Origin: a virus
Reading direction: 5' to 3' (one strand)
IMG/VR virus record: IMGVR_UViG_3300020056_002227
Span: 105,743-169,742 of that record
Length of the DNA: 64,000 nt
The translations under genes were made by a program, and so were the position numbers. The notes under the pieces are model-generated. The model made no database searches. It was not told the origin of the DNA and was given only the letters and a program-made list of their open reading frames with translations. Shown piece by piece: positions 1 through 10,288 of this stretch. Position 1 is the stretch's first letter. Every line of letters starts with the position of its first letter.

Positions 1-3000
1 AATTTTGGAACTGCAACTGTTGGTATTACTGGTCAAAACGGCAGATTACATTTACAAGCAAATAAGACATTCTTGCAAGAAGAAGCAATTGCGTACATTG
101 CACAAGAATTCCCCGGCTTTGTTTATGATCAAGCCAAGTGCAGAAGAGATATTGGTTATCTAGTAGATGCAATTTCTTTCGATATTTCTCATGGGTCTAA
201 TACCTCTGCAATCAATTTTGCTAGATTGTATTTCGATAAGGGTATTAGTACACTGCCTGAAAATCAAAAGGCTAAGACCGCAGAGGTTTATGAACACCTT
301 GCAAATGTTGCTTCTAATATTGTACAAGCAATTGGTGTTACACCCACCACAGGCAATGCACAAAGTCAAGATATTGCAAATGCCGATGCTGGAATTGAAA
401 TTGCTAAGAGAACATATGATCTGATGGATCTTACTGCTAAGGTGATCAGAGAGGATACTCTTGATTGGTTGCCAACAGCAATTGAACCCGGTTACAACAC
501 CGTGGCTCAGATGACAGCATCTAATACAATTGATGGAATTACAGAATCACTTCAGGGTGGTGTAATTAAGTACCTCAGAGAATTCCACAACGGTCTTCCT
601 TATAATAAAGAAAAGTGCTACAGAGATGTCGGTCTCATTACCGATGCAATTTCTAAGGATATCGAATACGGTGGAAATGCATCCACAATCGAAGCTGCAA
701 AATATTACTTCACTGTCGATGAAAGACTTGCATCTTCTTATGAAGAACTCAGAACCAAGAACGTTCTTTCTATTCCAGTAACAGGTCAGTTCTCTGTGCT
801 GGATGATCTGGCTGCAGTATCTGGTCTTAGAGAGGCTACAAATATTCTGCCTCAAGAACAGCGTATTCCTACCAAGAGAGCGTTCGAACATCTGGCTGCA
901 ACCGCGGCCTCTATCGTTCAAGAAGTTGCAGTAACACCTACCACAGGTAATGCTCAAGTACAGGACGTATCTGGTACAGCCGCAGATGCTGCTACAGGTA
1001 CAGCAGTGGCAAACCTGTTTAATATTATTTCTGGTGTTGTCGATGATAATGATCTCGACAATCTGACCACTACCGAAGTCAAGCCACTTGCTGATCCTAA
1101 TAGAACAGTTGCTCGTCAGCAGATCCAAATGAACAAAGAGTTCATTATTGATGAGGTTGTTGCTTATCTCAACGATGAGTTCTTCACCTTTGACGGTGAG
1201 AAATGTAAGAGAGATTTGGGCCTGATCATAGATGCAGTAAGACGAGACGTACTGACTGGTTCTGATTTCAATTCAAACTTTAACGGTCAGGCTTATAGGT
1301 CTGGAACTGTAGGTTCGAATTTGGTCATTGATGAACAGCTCACAGAAACCGTTTCTGCTATCAGATATGCAAAAGACCTTTGCGTGAATTCGATCGTCGA
1401 TCCTGCTACGGCAACAATTGCTGCAGCAAGATTCGACAAGATTATCGATATCATGGGTAATGGTACTGCATATTCTAACGTAATTGAATACGGTTTTGAT
1501 TCTGTCACGGCTGAAAGAATTAATGCAAGATCACAGTTACAGCTCAATAGAGCGTTCATCCAGGCAGAAATAACTGCATGGATTGCACTGAATTACGGAT
1601 CACTCACATATGATGTTGCTAAGTGTGAAAGAGACGTTGGCTATCTGGTAGATTCTGTGTCTTGGGATATTCAACACGGTGGTAATACAGCTTCGAGAAA
1701 TAATGCAACACTGTATTTTGAGAATGCTGTAAGCACTCTACCTGAAGATCAACGTGCTCCTACTGCAGCCGCATTTGTTCACCTTGCTGCAGTTGCTAGA
1801 TTAATTGCTAATGGTGATCCTGTCACACCTACAACTGGTAATGCCCAGACACAGAATACTGCTTCTGGTAACTCCGGTGGACCAATTGCAAGTGTTGTAG
1901 AGTCTCTATTCACAATTGTCGCAAATGCAATTCAGCAAAATGGAATCGACGGATTACCTGCTCTTGAAGAGCCTATTGTAACTGCTTATAATCCAGAATT
2001 GCAAGCCGCATATAATTCTATGGGCACAGCAAAGATAACTGCCCAAGACGGCGTATTGCAACACCTTTCTACTTACTTCAATACTCTTTACTACAATGAA
2101 GATAAGTGCAGAAGAGATACCGGCTACATTATCGATGCCGTATCACACGATATTCAATACGGTGGTAATGCTGCTACTGTAAATGCTGCTCACAACTACT
2201 TCCAAAATGCTGTAAGTACATTGCCTCTCAATCAGAGAGAACCTACCAGAAAGGCATTCTTACGCTTGGGTATGGTGATGAATCATATTACCCGCGAGAT
2301 GGAAGTAACACCGACTGTTGGAAACACACAGACTCAATTCTATAACCATGTTGCTGCAAATCCTGCAACAGGCATGTTGGTTGAAGATCTGGTTAAGATT
2401 GTTGCTAATTCGGTTGATGATGCAACTCCGGCAACTACAGCAATTCCTGCAATTGTTGAACCTTCTCAGACATGGGTTTCTGGCAATTACACCAGTGCTG
2501 TAGATGTGATAGAGAGTTCTTCTAAGACATGGGCAGACGGTGTGATCAGTCACATTAGTACCACTTACAACGGATTGAGCTTCCCACGAGGTAAGTGCAG
2601 AAGAGATGTTGGATATCTTGTTGATGCCGTTTCTCACGATGTTCAATACGGTGGAAACTATGCTAGTAGAATTGCGGCAGGAATTTATTTTGAGAATGGA
2701 ATTTCTGTACTCCCAGCAGACACTAGAGTACAAACCGCTGACATTTATAATTTCCTAGGTGTTCTATTGGCTGGTGTTGTGCAAGAGACTGATGTTTCTA
2801 ATACTACACTAACAGATACAGCACAAGATACAAGTGGTACTCCTGCTACTCTAACCGAAGGTACAAGAGTTGCAGAGTTGATATCGATAGTAGAAACCGT
2901 AATTAGAGATGACGATTTAGATGCTCTGCCAATTATGGAAGAGCCAGATACATCTTGGGTTGCGGCAGATCTCATTGCAACAGCAGAGATGATCGATGAC

Positions 3001-4356
3001 AATACCGAAGAGCTGTCAATTGATCTGGTCGAATTCTTAAGAAGAGAATTTGATGTTCTGGATTACAACCGAGATAAGTGTCGACGAGACACTGGATATC
3101 TACTTGATGCATTTAGCTATGATCTGAACTATGGAGGTAATACTGCATCTCGCTGGAATGCTGACTTCTACTTCTGGAATCAGATTTACAGAATCCCAGA
3201 AGATCAGAGAGTACCTACTGCTAGATCTTATCAGCAACTCGGTCGAATCTGTAAAGATGTTGTCCTTGGTAAATACCCAGGTCAGGTCGTCAAGAGTGGA
3301 ACTGGAACCGAGGTAGAATCTAAAAAGGTTCAGGACCTTGCAAACATCTTCTACCTGACTCAAATAAATAACGATACAACATATCTACCCGTAAAAGAAG
3401 AGCCAGATTATAGCTGGATTCCAGATATTGTATCTGATGTGTCATCGATTCTGGAGTTTAATAAGATTGATCTAGCTTTCGATACAGTAAGATATGTAAA
3501 TGCGACATATAAATACATTGATATTAATCTCACACGTAGAGATGGTTTGAATTTGTTGAAGGCCATTGAGCAAGACTTTAAGACGCTCAACCCACAGGGG
3601 CCACCTGCTTCAGATGATTACCTAGAGAACGGAGATAGACAAAGAACCAGAGCATATACAGCTGCATTGTTTGATTTCAATGGTAATCAGGCATTCCCTG
3701 TATTCAATGCTACAACACCTGGTTTGAGGTATCAAAGTTCTGTACAAAGAAGTGCTGGTGATGCAACTGATGTTGATGGTGCAATCCCTCTGGCAGACCG
3801 CAAACCATATTATGCATATATTGTGGCAACAGACTTGAATACAAGTTTCTACGCTGGAGATATATACTATTGGGATGGAACACAATGGATATTTGATGGG
3901 CCAAACAATACCGATCTACTAGATGCCTTTACTGGTGCTTGGGAGAGAATGAGAGATTATCTAGTTACTCTTTCACCAGATGCAGATCACACTGCAATGA
4001 TTAATGGCTTGATCGATGATTGTTTGATCGATAACGTACTAAGACCAGAAACATTGACATTCGGGTCTCTAGTTGAATCGATTGCTCACCAGTTTAACGG
4101 TGCCTCTGCTGGTGTAAACAGAAACGCACTTCCATTGAACTTCCGAAACCTTGGTCTGCCAATCTCGGCACTGGCCTCGGTTCTCTCAGAAGATGGAGGA
4201 CGTGTGAGATGGTCTGGTGCTGATGAATTGAATAACCAGTACTTTGCAAGGGGTTTGAGAATCAACGGTAGAACAGGAAGAATTGAAGGTAGACCATTTA
4301 CCTCATCGGTAAGAAAACTTGCAAGAAGAGCTTCTAACAGCAGAGCTTCAGTATAA
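1..4356 (+). CDS. Large repetitive virion structural protein (5'-truncated) with 7-8 tandem ~160-aa helical repeats bearing a KCxRDxGY...YGGN motif
   Basis: The frame is open from base 1 (NFGTATVG...), so the start lies upstream of the window. KCxRD motifs begin at nt 136, 613, 1201, 1621, 2104, 2593 and 3076, with a degenerate copy near 3529. The gene sits in the late structural region upstream of gp13. Confidence 0.75.
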   Translation, partial: NFGTATVGITGQNGRLHLQANKTFLQEEAIAYIAQEFPGFVYDQAKCRRDIGYLVDAISFDISHGSNTSAINFARLYFDKGISTLPENQKAKTAEVYEHLANVASNIVQAIGVTPTTGNAQSQDIANADAGIEIAKRTYDLMDLTAKVIREDTLDWLPTAIEPGYNTVAQMTASNTIDGITESLQGGVIKYLREFHNGLPYNKEKCYRDVGLITDAISKDIEYGGNASTIEAAKYYFTVDERLASSYEELRTKNVLSIPVTGQFSVLDDLAAVSGLREATNILPQEQRIPTKRAFEHLAATAASIVQEVAVTPTTGNAQVQDVSGTAADAATGTAVANLFNIISGVVDDNDLDNLTTTEVKPLADPNRTVARQQIQMNKEFIIDEVVAYLNDEFFTFDGEKCKRDLGLIIDAVRRDVLTGSDFNSNFNGQAYRSGTVGSNLVIDEQLTETVSAIRYAKDLCVNSIVDPATATIAAARFDKIIDIMGNGTAYSNVIEYGFDSVTAERINARSQLQLNRAFIQAEITAWIALNYGSLTYDVAKCERDVGYLVDSVSWDIQHGGNTASRNNATLYFENAVSTLPEDQRAPTAAAFVHLAAVARLIANGDPVTPTTGNAQTQNTASGNSGGPIASVVESLFTIVANAIQQNGIDGLPALEEPIVTAYNPELQAAYNSMGTAKITAQDGVLQHLSTYFNTLYYNEDKCRRDTGYIIDAVSHDIQYGGNAATVNAAHNYFQNAVSTLPLNQREPTRKAFLRLGMVMNHITREMEVTPTVGNTQTQFYNHVAANPATGMLVEDLVKIVANSVDDATPATTAIPAIVEPSQTWVSGNYTSAVDVIESSSKTWADGVISHISTTYNGLSFPRGKCRRDVGYLVDAVSHDVQYGGNYASRIAAGIYFENGISVLPADTRVQTADIYNFLGVLLAGVVQETDVSNTTLTDTAQDTSGTPATLTEGTRVAELISIVETVIRDDDLDALPIMEEPDTSWVAADLIATAEMIDDNTEELSIDLVEFLRREFDVLDYNRDKCRRDTGYLLDAFSYDLNYGGNTASRWNADFYFWNQIYRIPEDQRVPTARSYQQLGRICKDVVLGKYPGQVVKSGTGTEVESKKVQDLANIFYLTQINNDTTYLPVKEEPDYSWIPDIVSDVSSILEFNKIDLAFDTVRYVNATYKYIDINLTRRDGLNLLKAIEQDFKTLNPQGPPASDDYLENGDRQRTRAYTAALFDFNGNQAFPVFNATTPGLRYQSSVQRSAGDATDVDGAIPLADRKPYYAYIVATDLNTSFYAGDIYYWDGTQWIFDGPNNTDLLDAFTGAWERMRDYLVTLSPDADHTAMINGLIDDCLIDNVLRPETLTFGSLVESIAHQFNGASAGVNRNALPLNFRNLGLPISALASVLSEDGGRVRWSGADELNNQYFARGLRINGRTGRIEGRPFTSSVRKLARRASNSRASV

Positions 4357-4371
4357 AGGATAGAGAAATAA

Positions 4372-4842
4372 ATGTCATATACAACTAAAATAGATCCAGT
4401 AGACGGTACTACGATTATCGTTACTACCCAGGCTCCGGATGCACTACCAATTGGAAAGACCCTGGAGTTGAGTACAGAATGGCAGGTACTTATTGATGTT
4501 CCAAAATTTGAAGTTCCTGAGCTTGTATTCGGTGGTTCTACCACTATCGAACCTGGAATTGGTGAGGTAATTTCTCCTCTCATTGTTGCAAATAAAACAA
4601 GTAATACTGTTGCAATTGATGTGAGAACGCACCGATTCATAGAGCCGGTGCCAGGCCAAGGAAATGAATTTTATCTTATTAGAAACCTTAGGATACCTGC
4701 TTATGATACCATACCAATTCCGCTTAATGGACAGTTTTTTGCTACAGGTGACACATTAGAGGCCAAGGCCAGTGCAAACTTAGCAATTGACTCAACTATA
4801 TCATATACCTTAGGACAAGCGGAAGAGTACGATGTCGACTAG
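4372..4842 (+). CDS. Hypothetical virion-associated protein (156 aa, beta-rich)
   Basis: ORF tightly packed between two structural genes; it overlaps the start of the next gene. Confidence 0.7.
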   Translation: MSYTTKIDPVDGTTIIVTTQAPDALPIGKTLELSTEWQVLIDVPKFEVPELVFGGSTTIEPGIGEVISPLIVANKTSNTVAIDVRTHRFIEPVPGQGNEFYLIRNLRIPAYDTIPIPLNGQFFATGDTLEAKASANLAIDSTISYTLGQAEEYDVD

Positions 4843-7800
4843 ATTTAGATCCATTGGCTCCAAGACCATTACTCTTGGGCAGGGAATACCACAACAGTTT
4901 CCCATTCAATTAGATCCAGCCCCATTTGAGGGTGCCATTGTTTATGCAGATAATGGTACAATTAAACTCTCGAATGGTACGGCGTGGGTTGATGTTGGAG
5001 CAGGGCCTCAAGGTGTCCAAGGTTTTACAGGTACCCAAGGTGTCCAAGGTATCCAAGGTGAGTATGGGCCAGGATTTACAATCATCGGTTCGGTACCAGA
5101 TGTAGACGCAGGTGGTGATCCACAAGCAACTTTAAATGCAGCATTCCCCAGTCCAAATATAGGTGAAGGTGTCATCGATGATACCGACGACGAGCTTTGG
5201 ATTTGGGATGGTACCAATTGGATTAATATCGGTTCATTCCGTGGTGTTCAAGGTCTTCAAGGCACTCAGGGTGTTCAAGGTCTTCAAGGCACACTCGGAG
5301 AAAAAGGTATTCAAGGTACCCGTGGTTATAGAGGACCACAGGGAACCCAAGGTACTCAAGGTTTCCAAGGTGTTCAAGGCTTCCAAGGCAATCAGGGCAT
5401 ACAAGGTGTCCAAGGGCCTCAGGCCTCACAGGGTACCCAAGGTATTCAAGGTAATCAAGGACTTCAGGGTCTTCAAGGTGTTCAAGGACCGCAAGCTTCA
5501 CAAGGAACTCAAGGCTTCCAAGGCAATCAAGGGATGCAGGGTTTCAACGGTGATGATGCTGGATCGGTATATGAATATCGACTACTAAATTCTAATATTG
5601 AGGCTGACCCAGGTAGTGGTCAGATGATTTGGAATTTACCTAGCAACCCAACCGATACTTTCTCCACAACTACAAGAATTTGGATTGACGATGAAGCCTT
5701 CTATGGCGTAAACATGGAAGGAATTTATTCGGCAATCGCAGCAGCAGACTCTGTTAATAAAGCCTACATGAAGGTAACAAAGCGTGGGCAACCAGATGAT
5801 TATGTTGTATTTACTATTCAGGCAATTTCTGATAGTACCGGTTACTGGCAATTAGATGTAACATTTATAGCCGGTAATGCAATCAGAGAGAATTTCGTTG
5901 AAGAAACATCACCTGGTGTTTTTACTTCTTATCCTCTACTCGTAGATTTTTCTATCAGTGGTGATAAGGGAATTCAAGGTGATCAAGGCACCCAAGGTTT
6001 CCAAGGACTACAAGGACCTCAAGGTCCACAAGGAATGCAGGGAACACAAGGTGTTCAAGGTGTCCAAGGCCCACAAGGGCTTACCGGTAATCAAGGTACC
6101 GTTGGTGCTTACGGCGGTGTAACATTTAGATACGAGTATAATGCTCTCGATGTAACTAATACAGACCCCACACCCGGATTCTTAAAGGGTGATAATGCAA
6201 TATTAGGTAATGCTACTGAATTATACATTGACGTCACTGATGCTGATGGTGTTACCATTAGTGCAATGCTTGCAGATTTCTATGCGTCTTCAAATCCAAA
6301 TAGTAAGGGCTATTTGAAACTGGCAGATGCATCCAACGTCTATAATTATGCTCTCTTTGAGGTGACAGGTGGTAACCTTGTAGGTACTGCTGGAACTGGA
6401 TATCACGCAGTAGCAGTAAATAGTCTTGTTACAGGTCAAACCTATTCTAACGGTACAGATTTCCGAATCTCATTTATAAGAACTGGTGATCAAGGCATAC
6501 AGGGCAATCAAGGTACTCAGGGTATTCAAGGTTTCCAAGGTTCACAGGGTACTCAAGGCTTCCAAGGATCTCAAGGGACTCAGGGTATCCAAGGTGTTCA
6601 AGGACCACAAGGTCTTCAAGGTACTCAAGGTTTCCAAGGAACACAAGGCACACAGGGCATTCAAGGATTACAGGGTGTACAAGGTTCCGTTGGTGATTTC
6701 GGTGGCCTTACATTTGATTATACATTCGATTCTGCGACCACTGATGCAGATCCTGGTCAAGGTAATTTAAGGTTTGATAATGCTGCATTTGATTCAGCAA
6801 CTAAAATGTATATCGATGACCTCGATGATGCAGCTAATGATCTTTCTCCACTCTTCACGGAACTTGACATTAATGCAAGTGGTGTAAAAGGCCTGTTTAG
6901 AATTATTAATGCAGCCGATGTTACCGAGTTTGCTACATTCAATTATACAGAAATCACAGATTCTACCGGTTATCATACCTTTGATGTAGCCCACATTGCT
7001 GGTGTAACCTCGTTCACAAATGGCGCAGATATTAGAATTACATTTGTTCGAACTGGAGACCCAGGCCCTCAGGGTGCTCAAGGTTCTCAAGGACCTCAGG
7101 GTACCCAAGGTTTCCAAGGTGTTCAAGGGCTACAAGGTATCCAAGGTACACAGGGCATCCAAGGCACACAGGGCATCCAAGGTATGCAAGGTACCGTAGG
7201 AGATCACGGTGGACTTTCTTGGAATTATCTCTTTGATTCAAATACAAGTTCTGGATCGGCCCCAGTTGCAAATAGCTGGAAGATTGATAACTCCAATATA
7301 ACGCTTGCAACGAAGCTTGTCATCGATGATATTCCAGATGATGCATACAGCAACGAATTAGATGACTTCTTTACCTATCTTGGTGCAATACCCGGTTCTC
7401 CAAAGGGTCATATTCTTATTGAGAGCACAGCGGATAACGATGGACCTGCAGGTCATCACTTTGTTGTCTACGAGTTTACTGCATTTAACTGGGATAGTGC
7501 ATCTGAATTATACGGTATCTTTGATGTAAACTACATTGCATCAGGAGCTGTAACAAGTAATAACTGGAATAACGTAGAGTCCGATCACGGCCCAGATACA
7601 CTGGTTCACTTTATTCCGGCTGGACCACAAGGTACTCAGGGACCACAAGGTACTCAAGGATTTACTGGTATTCAAGGTGGTGCAGGTGCCTCCGGTGGTG
7701 TAACATTCGAATATGAGTTCGATACAGATACTGGCACTTCTCTCTTAGGTGCACCTGGATTATTGAAGTTCAACAATGCTTCTCTATCTTCAGCCACTGA

Positions 7801-10285
7801 AATGAGAATCAGTGATACTACTCAGAATGGTGCAAACCTTGATACACTTCTGAATAATTATATTCTGAACAACCCAGGGCCCATCAAAGGCTTTTATAAG
7901 ATCATTTCAATTAATGATCCTACGAAATATGTTGTTTATTCTATTACTGGTGGATCAAGCACTCTCACACAATTTGTAATAAACAGTACATATGTTACAG
8001 CCTCTACCGGTGCTGATGCTACATATTTTGGAAACAACCCAGCGCTATTCATTACCTTCAGTAGAAATGGAGATGACGGGCCACAAGGTGTTCAAGGTTA
8101 TCAAGGTACTCAGGGCATTCAAGGTATTCAAGGTATTCCCGGCCAAGGCACACAAGGTTTCCAAGGTACTCAGGGTATTCAAGGTGGCCAAGGTGATCAG
8201 GGTGAAGCTGGTGCCTTCGGCGGTGTAACATTTGACTATACATTCAGAACTGATACGAATCTAACTTCGGTCGCCCCCGGCGAAATAGAGCTCAACAATG
8301 CAGCTGCAAATATTGCCACACAGATGGCAATTCACCACAGGGACGATAACTTTATTGATATCAGTCAATATTTAGCTACGATTGATGATTCTACAAGCCC
8401 CATTAAAGGACACTTTAGAATCTCAGAAGTAGGCACACCATCTAATTTCGTTCTCTTCACAATAAGTTCGATGACCGTTGGTGGTAGCTTCAATACCATA
8501 ACCTGTTCATATGTTGACGGGTCTCTTGGTTCCGGCACATTTACAGACCAGGCAGATGTTGTAATTACATTTGCTCGAACAGGTGATCAAGGGCCTCCTG
8601 GTGCTCAAGGAGCTCAAGGACCTCAGGGTACCCAAGGTTTCCAAGGTAACCAAGGTATTGCTGGAGACGGTAATCAAGGTACTCAGGGACCTCAAGGTTT
8701 CCAAGGTACCCAAGGCTTTACTGGTGGCCCAGGTGACGAAGGGCCACAAGGACCACAAGGCCCTCAAGGATTCCAAGGTATTCAAGGTTTTGAAGGTAGC
8801 CAAGGGCCTTCGGGTGCTGGTTCTCAAGGCCCACAGGGAATGCAAGGAATGCAGGGTGTTCAAGGCTTTGTAGGATCTGGTGGTGATGGTAACCAAGGAC
8901 CTCAAGGTTTCCAAGGAATGCAGGGAACACAAGGGGTTCAAGGTTTCCAAGGTATTTCTGGTGGTGATGGACAACCAGGTGGCCCAGGTTCTCAAGGGCC
9001 TCAGGGCACCCAAGGTATCCAAGGTACTCAAGGTATCAGTGGTGATGGAGGCGATGGATCACAGGGTGCTCAGGGACCACAAGGTTTCCAAGGTATTCAA
9101 GGTATTCAAGGTATTACTGCGTCAGGTGGTGTAGGGCCGCAGGGACCACAAGGTACTCAAGGTGTTCAAGGTATACAAGGATTTGGCCAAGAAGGTGGTC
9201 AGGGTACTCAGGGTTTACAAGGACTACAAGGTATACAGGGGCCCCTTGGTACTGCAAGTACCGGCGCACAAGGTATGCAGGGTACTCAGGGCTGGGAGGG
9301 CCCTCAGGGTTCTATAGGGATCGGTGATCCCGGTACACAAGGCCCTCAGGGTATTCAAGGTATCCAAGGTTCACAAGGTACTACAGGCTCCGGTGCAGAT
9401 GGTTCTCAAGGCTTCCAAGGGACACAAGGTACCCAAGGCTTTACGGGTGCTCAAGGTAATCAAGGTTTTACCGGAGCAGGAGATGTTGGAGCTCAAGGTG
9501 CTCAAGGCCCTCAAGGTACTATTGGTCTCACTGGCTCACAGGGTGCTCAAGGATTTGAAGGCGCAGGTGATGAAGGCGCTCAGGGACCACAAGGTACTCA
9601 GGGCATACAAGGTGACTTTGGACCACAAGGTACTACTGGTGCGGGTGCTCAGGGTGCTATTGGTTTCCAAGGATTCACTGGTTTCCAAGGTACTCAGGGC
9701 TTTACAGGTAGTGCAGGTGCTTCAACATCTATTGATGTACAAGATGTTCATACCTCTGGTCTTCAAAGTACCGACCTACTCGTAACCTTTGTTCAAGGCG
9801 GAACCGGTAATAGACCTTTGTATGCTACACTGACACCCAACCCAGCACCAAGTGCCGGTGCTCAGAATTTCCTATACAGAGCTGACCAAGATAAACTATC
9901 AGTAGAGAATATCTTTGTTGGAGGCACAATTACTCAAGATACTGGTGCTTCATGGACTGCTTCAGATGGTACTTTAAATATAACCGGAAGTCTTGAAGCT
10001 TCAAATGATTTGATTACAGCTTCTGATGCAAGATATAAAGAAAATGTTATTGATATCGAAAATGCCCTAAGCAAGGTCTTGGCAATGAGAGGTGTCAATT
10101 ATAACATGATAGGTGATGATACACAGAAAATTGGTTTGATCGCACAAGAAGTGCAAGAGGTCATACCAGAAGTTGTATCTAATAATAATGATAGACTTGG
10201 GGTTTCATACGGTAATATAGTCGCACTATTGATCGAAGCCATTAAGGAGCAACAGGCACAGCTTGACGATTTGAGAGGTAAGTAA
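4832..10285 (+). CDS. Collagen-like tail fibre (Gly-X-Gln repeats interrupted by globular modules) with a C-terminal peptidase S74 intramolecular chaperone
   Basis: Long G-X-Q tracts. Repeated globular modules begin GG(V/L)TFxYxF..DPG.G. The C-terminal SDARYKENV..ALSKVLAMRGVNY..IGLIAQEVQEVIPEVV..VSYG followed by a coiled coil is the S74 signature. Confidence 0.9.
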   Translation: MSTRFRSIGSKTITLGQGIPQQFPIQLDPAPFEGAIVYADNGTIKLSNGTAWVDVGAGPQGVQGFTGTQGVQGIQGEYGPGFTIIGSVPDVDAGGDPQATLNAAFPSPNIGEGVIDDTDDELWIWDGTNWINIGSFRGVQGLQGTQGVQGLQGTLGEKGIQGTRGYRGPQGTQGTQGFQGVQGFQGNQGIQGVQGPQASQGTQGIQGNQGLQGLQGVQGPQASQGTQGFQGNQGMQGFNGDDAGSVYEYRLLNSNIEADPGSGQMIWNLPSNPTDTFSTTTRIWIDDEAFYGVNMEGIYSAIAAADSVNKAYMKVTKRGQPDDYVVFTIQAISDSTGYWQLDVTFIAGNAIRENFVEETSPGVFTSYPLLVDFSISGDKGIQGDQGTQGFQGLQGPQGPQGMQGTQGVQGVQGPQGLTGNQGTVGAYGGVTFRYEYNALDVTNTDPTPGFLKGDNAILGNATELYIDVTDADGVTISAMLADFYASSNPNSKGYLKLADASNVYNYALFEVTGGNLVGTAGTGYHAVAVNSLVTGQTYSNGTDFRISFIRTGDQGIQGNQGTQGIQGFQGSQGTQGFQGSQGTQGIQGVQGPQGLQGTQGFQGTQGTQGIQGLQGVQGSVGDFGGLTFDYTFDSATTDADPGQGNLRFDNAAFDSATKMYIDDLDDAANDLSPLFTELDINASGVKGLFRIINAADVTEFATFNYTEITDSTGYHTFDVAHIAGVTSFTNGADIRITFVRTGDPGPQGAQGSQGPQGTQGFQGVQGLQGIQGTQGIQGTQGIQGMQGTVGDHGGLSWNYLFDSNTSSGSAPVANSWKIDNSNITLATKLVIDDIPDDAYSNELDDFFTYLGAIPGSPKGHILIESTADNDGPAGHHFVVYEFTAFNWDSASELYGIFDVNYIASGAVTSNNWNNVESDHGPDTLVHFIPAGPQGTQGPQGTQGFTGIQGGAGASGGVTFEYEFDTDTGTSLLGAPGLLKFNNASLSSATEMRISDTTQNGANLDTLLNNYILNNPGPIKGFYKIISINDPTKYVVYSITGGSSTLTQFVINSTYVTASTGADATYFGNNPALFITFSRNGDDGPQGVQGYQGTQGIQGIQGIPGQGTQGFQGTQGIQGGQGDQGEAGAFGGVTFDYTFRTDTNLTSVAPGEIELNNAAANIATQMAIHHRDDNFIDISQYLATIDDSTSPIKGHFRISEVGTPSNFVLFTISSMTVGGSFNTITCSYVDGSLGSGTFTDQADVVITFARTGDQGPPGAQGAQGPQGTQGFQGNQGIAGDGNQGTQGPQGFQGTQGFTGGPGDEGPQGPQGPQGFQGIQGFEGSQGPSGAGSQGPQGMQGMQGVQGFVGSGGDGNQGPQGFQGMQGTQGVQGFQGISGGDGQPGGPGSQGPQGTQGIQGTQGISGDGGDGSQGAQGPQGFQGIQGIQGITASGGVGPQGPQGTQGVQGIQGFGQEGGQGTQGLQGLQGIQGPLGTASTGAQGMQGTQGWEGPQGSIGIGDPGTQGPQGIQGIQGSQGTTGSGADGSQGFQGTQGTQGFTGAQGNQGFTGAGDVGAQGAQGPQGTIGLTGSQGAQGFEGAGDEGAQGPQGTQGIQGDFGPQGTTGAGAQGAIGFQGFTGFQGTQGFTGSAGASTSIDVQDVHTSGLQSTDLLVTFVQGGTGNRPLYATLTPNPAPSAGAQNFLYRADQDKLSVENIFVGGTITQDTGASWTASDGTLNITGSLEASNDLITASDARYKENVIDIENALSKVLAMRGVNYNMIGDDTQKIGLIAQEVQEVIPEVVSNNNDRLGVSYGNIVALLIEAIKEQQAQLDDLRGK
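5003..9720 (+). repeat. Collagen-coding 9-bp-period repeats (caaggt-nnn) in several blocks
   Basis: Pervasive CAAGGT/CAGGGT triplet periodicity encoding Q-G-X. Confidence 0.95.
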
Positions 10286-10288
10286 ATA

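Noticed and set aside
3508-3515. TATAAATA inside the first ORF
   Set aside because: It is intragenic and more than 800 nt from the next start; likely a chance match in AT-rich DNA.
5003-9785. CRISPR-like or satellite appearance of the caaggt repeats, and alternative-frame 'KVFKV' ORFs
   Set aside because: These are fully explained by Gly-X-Gln collagen codons; there is no constant repeat/unique spacer structure.
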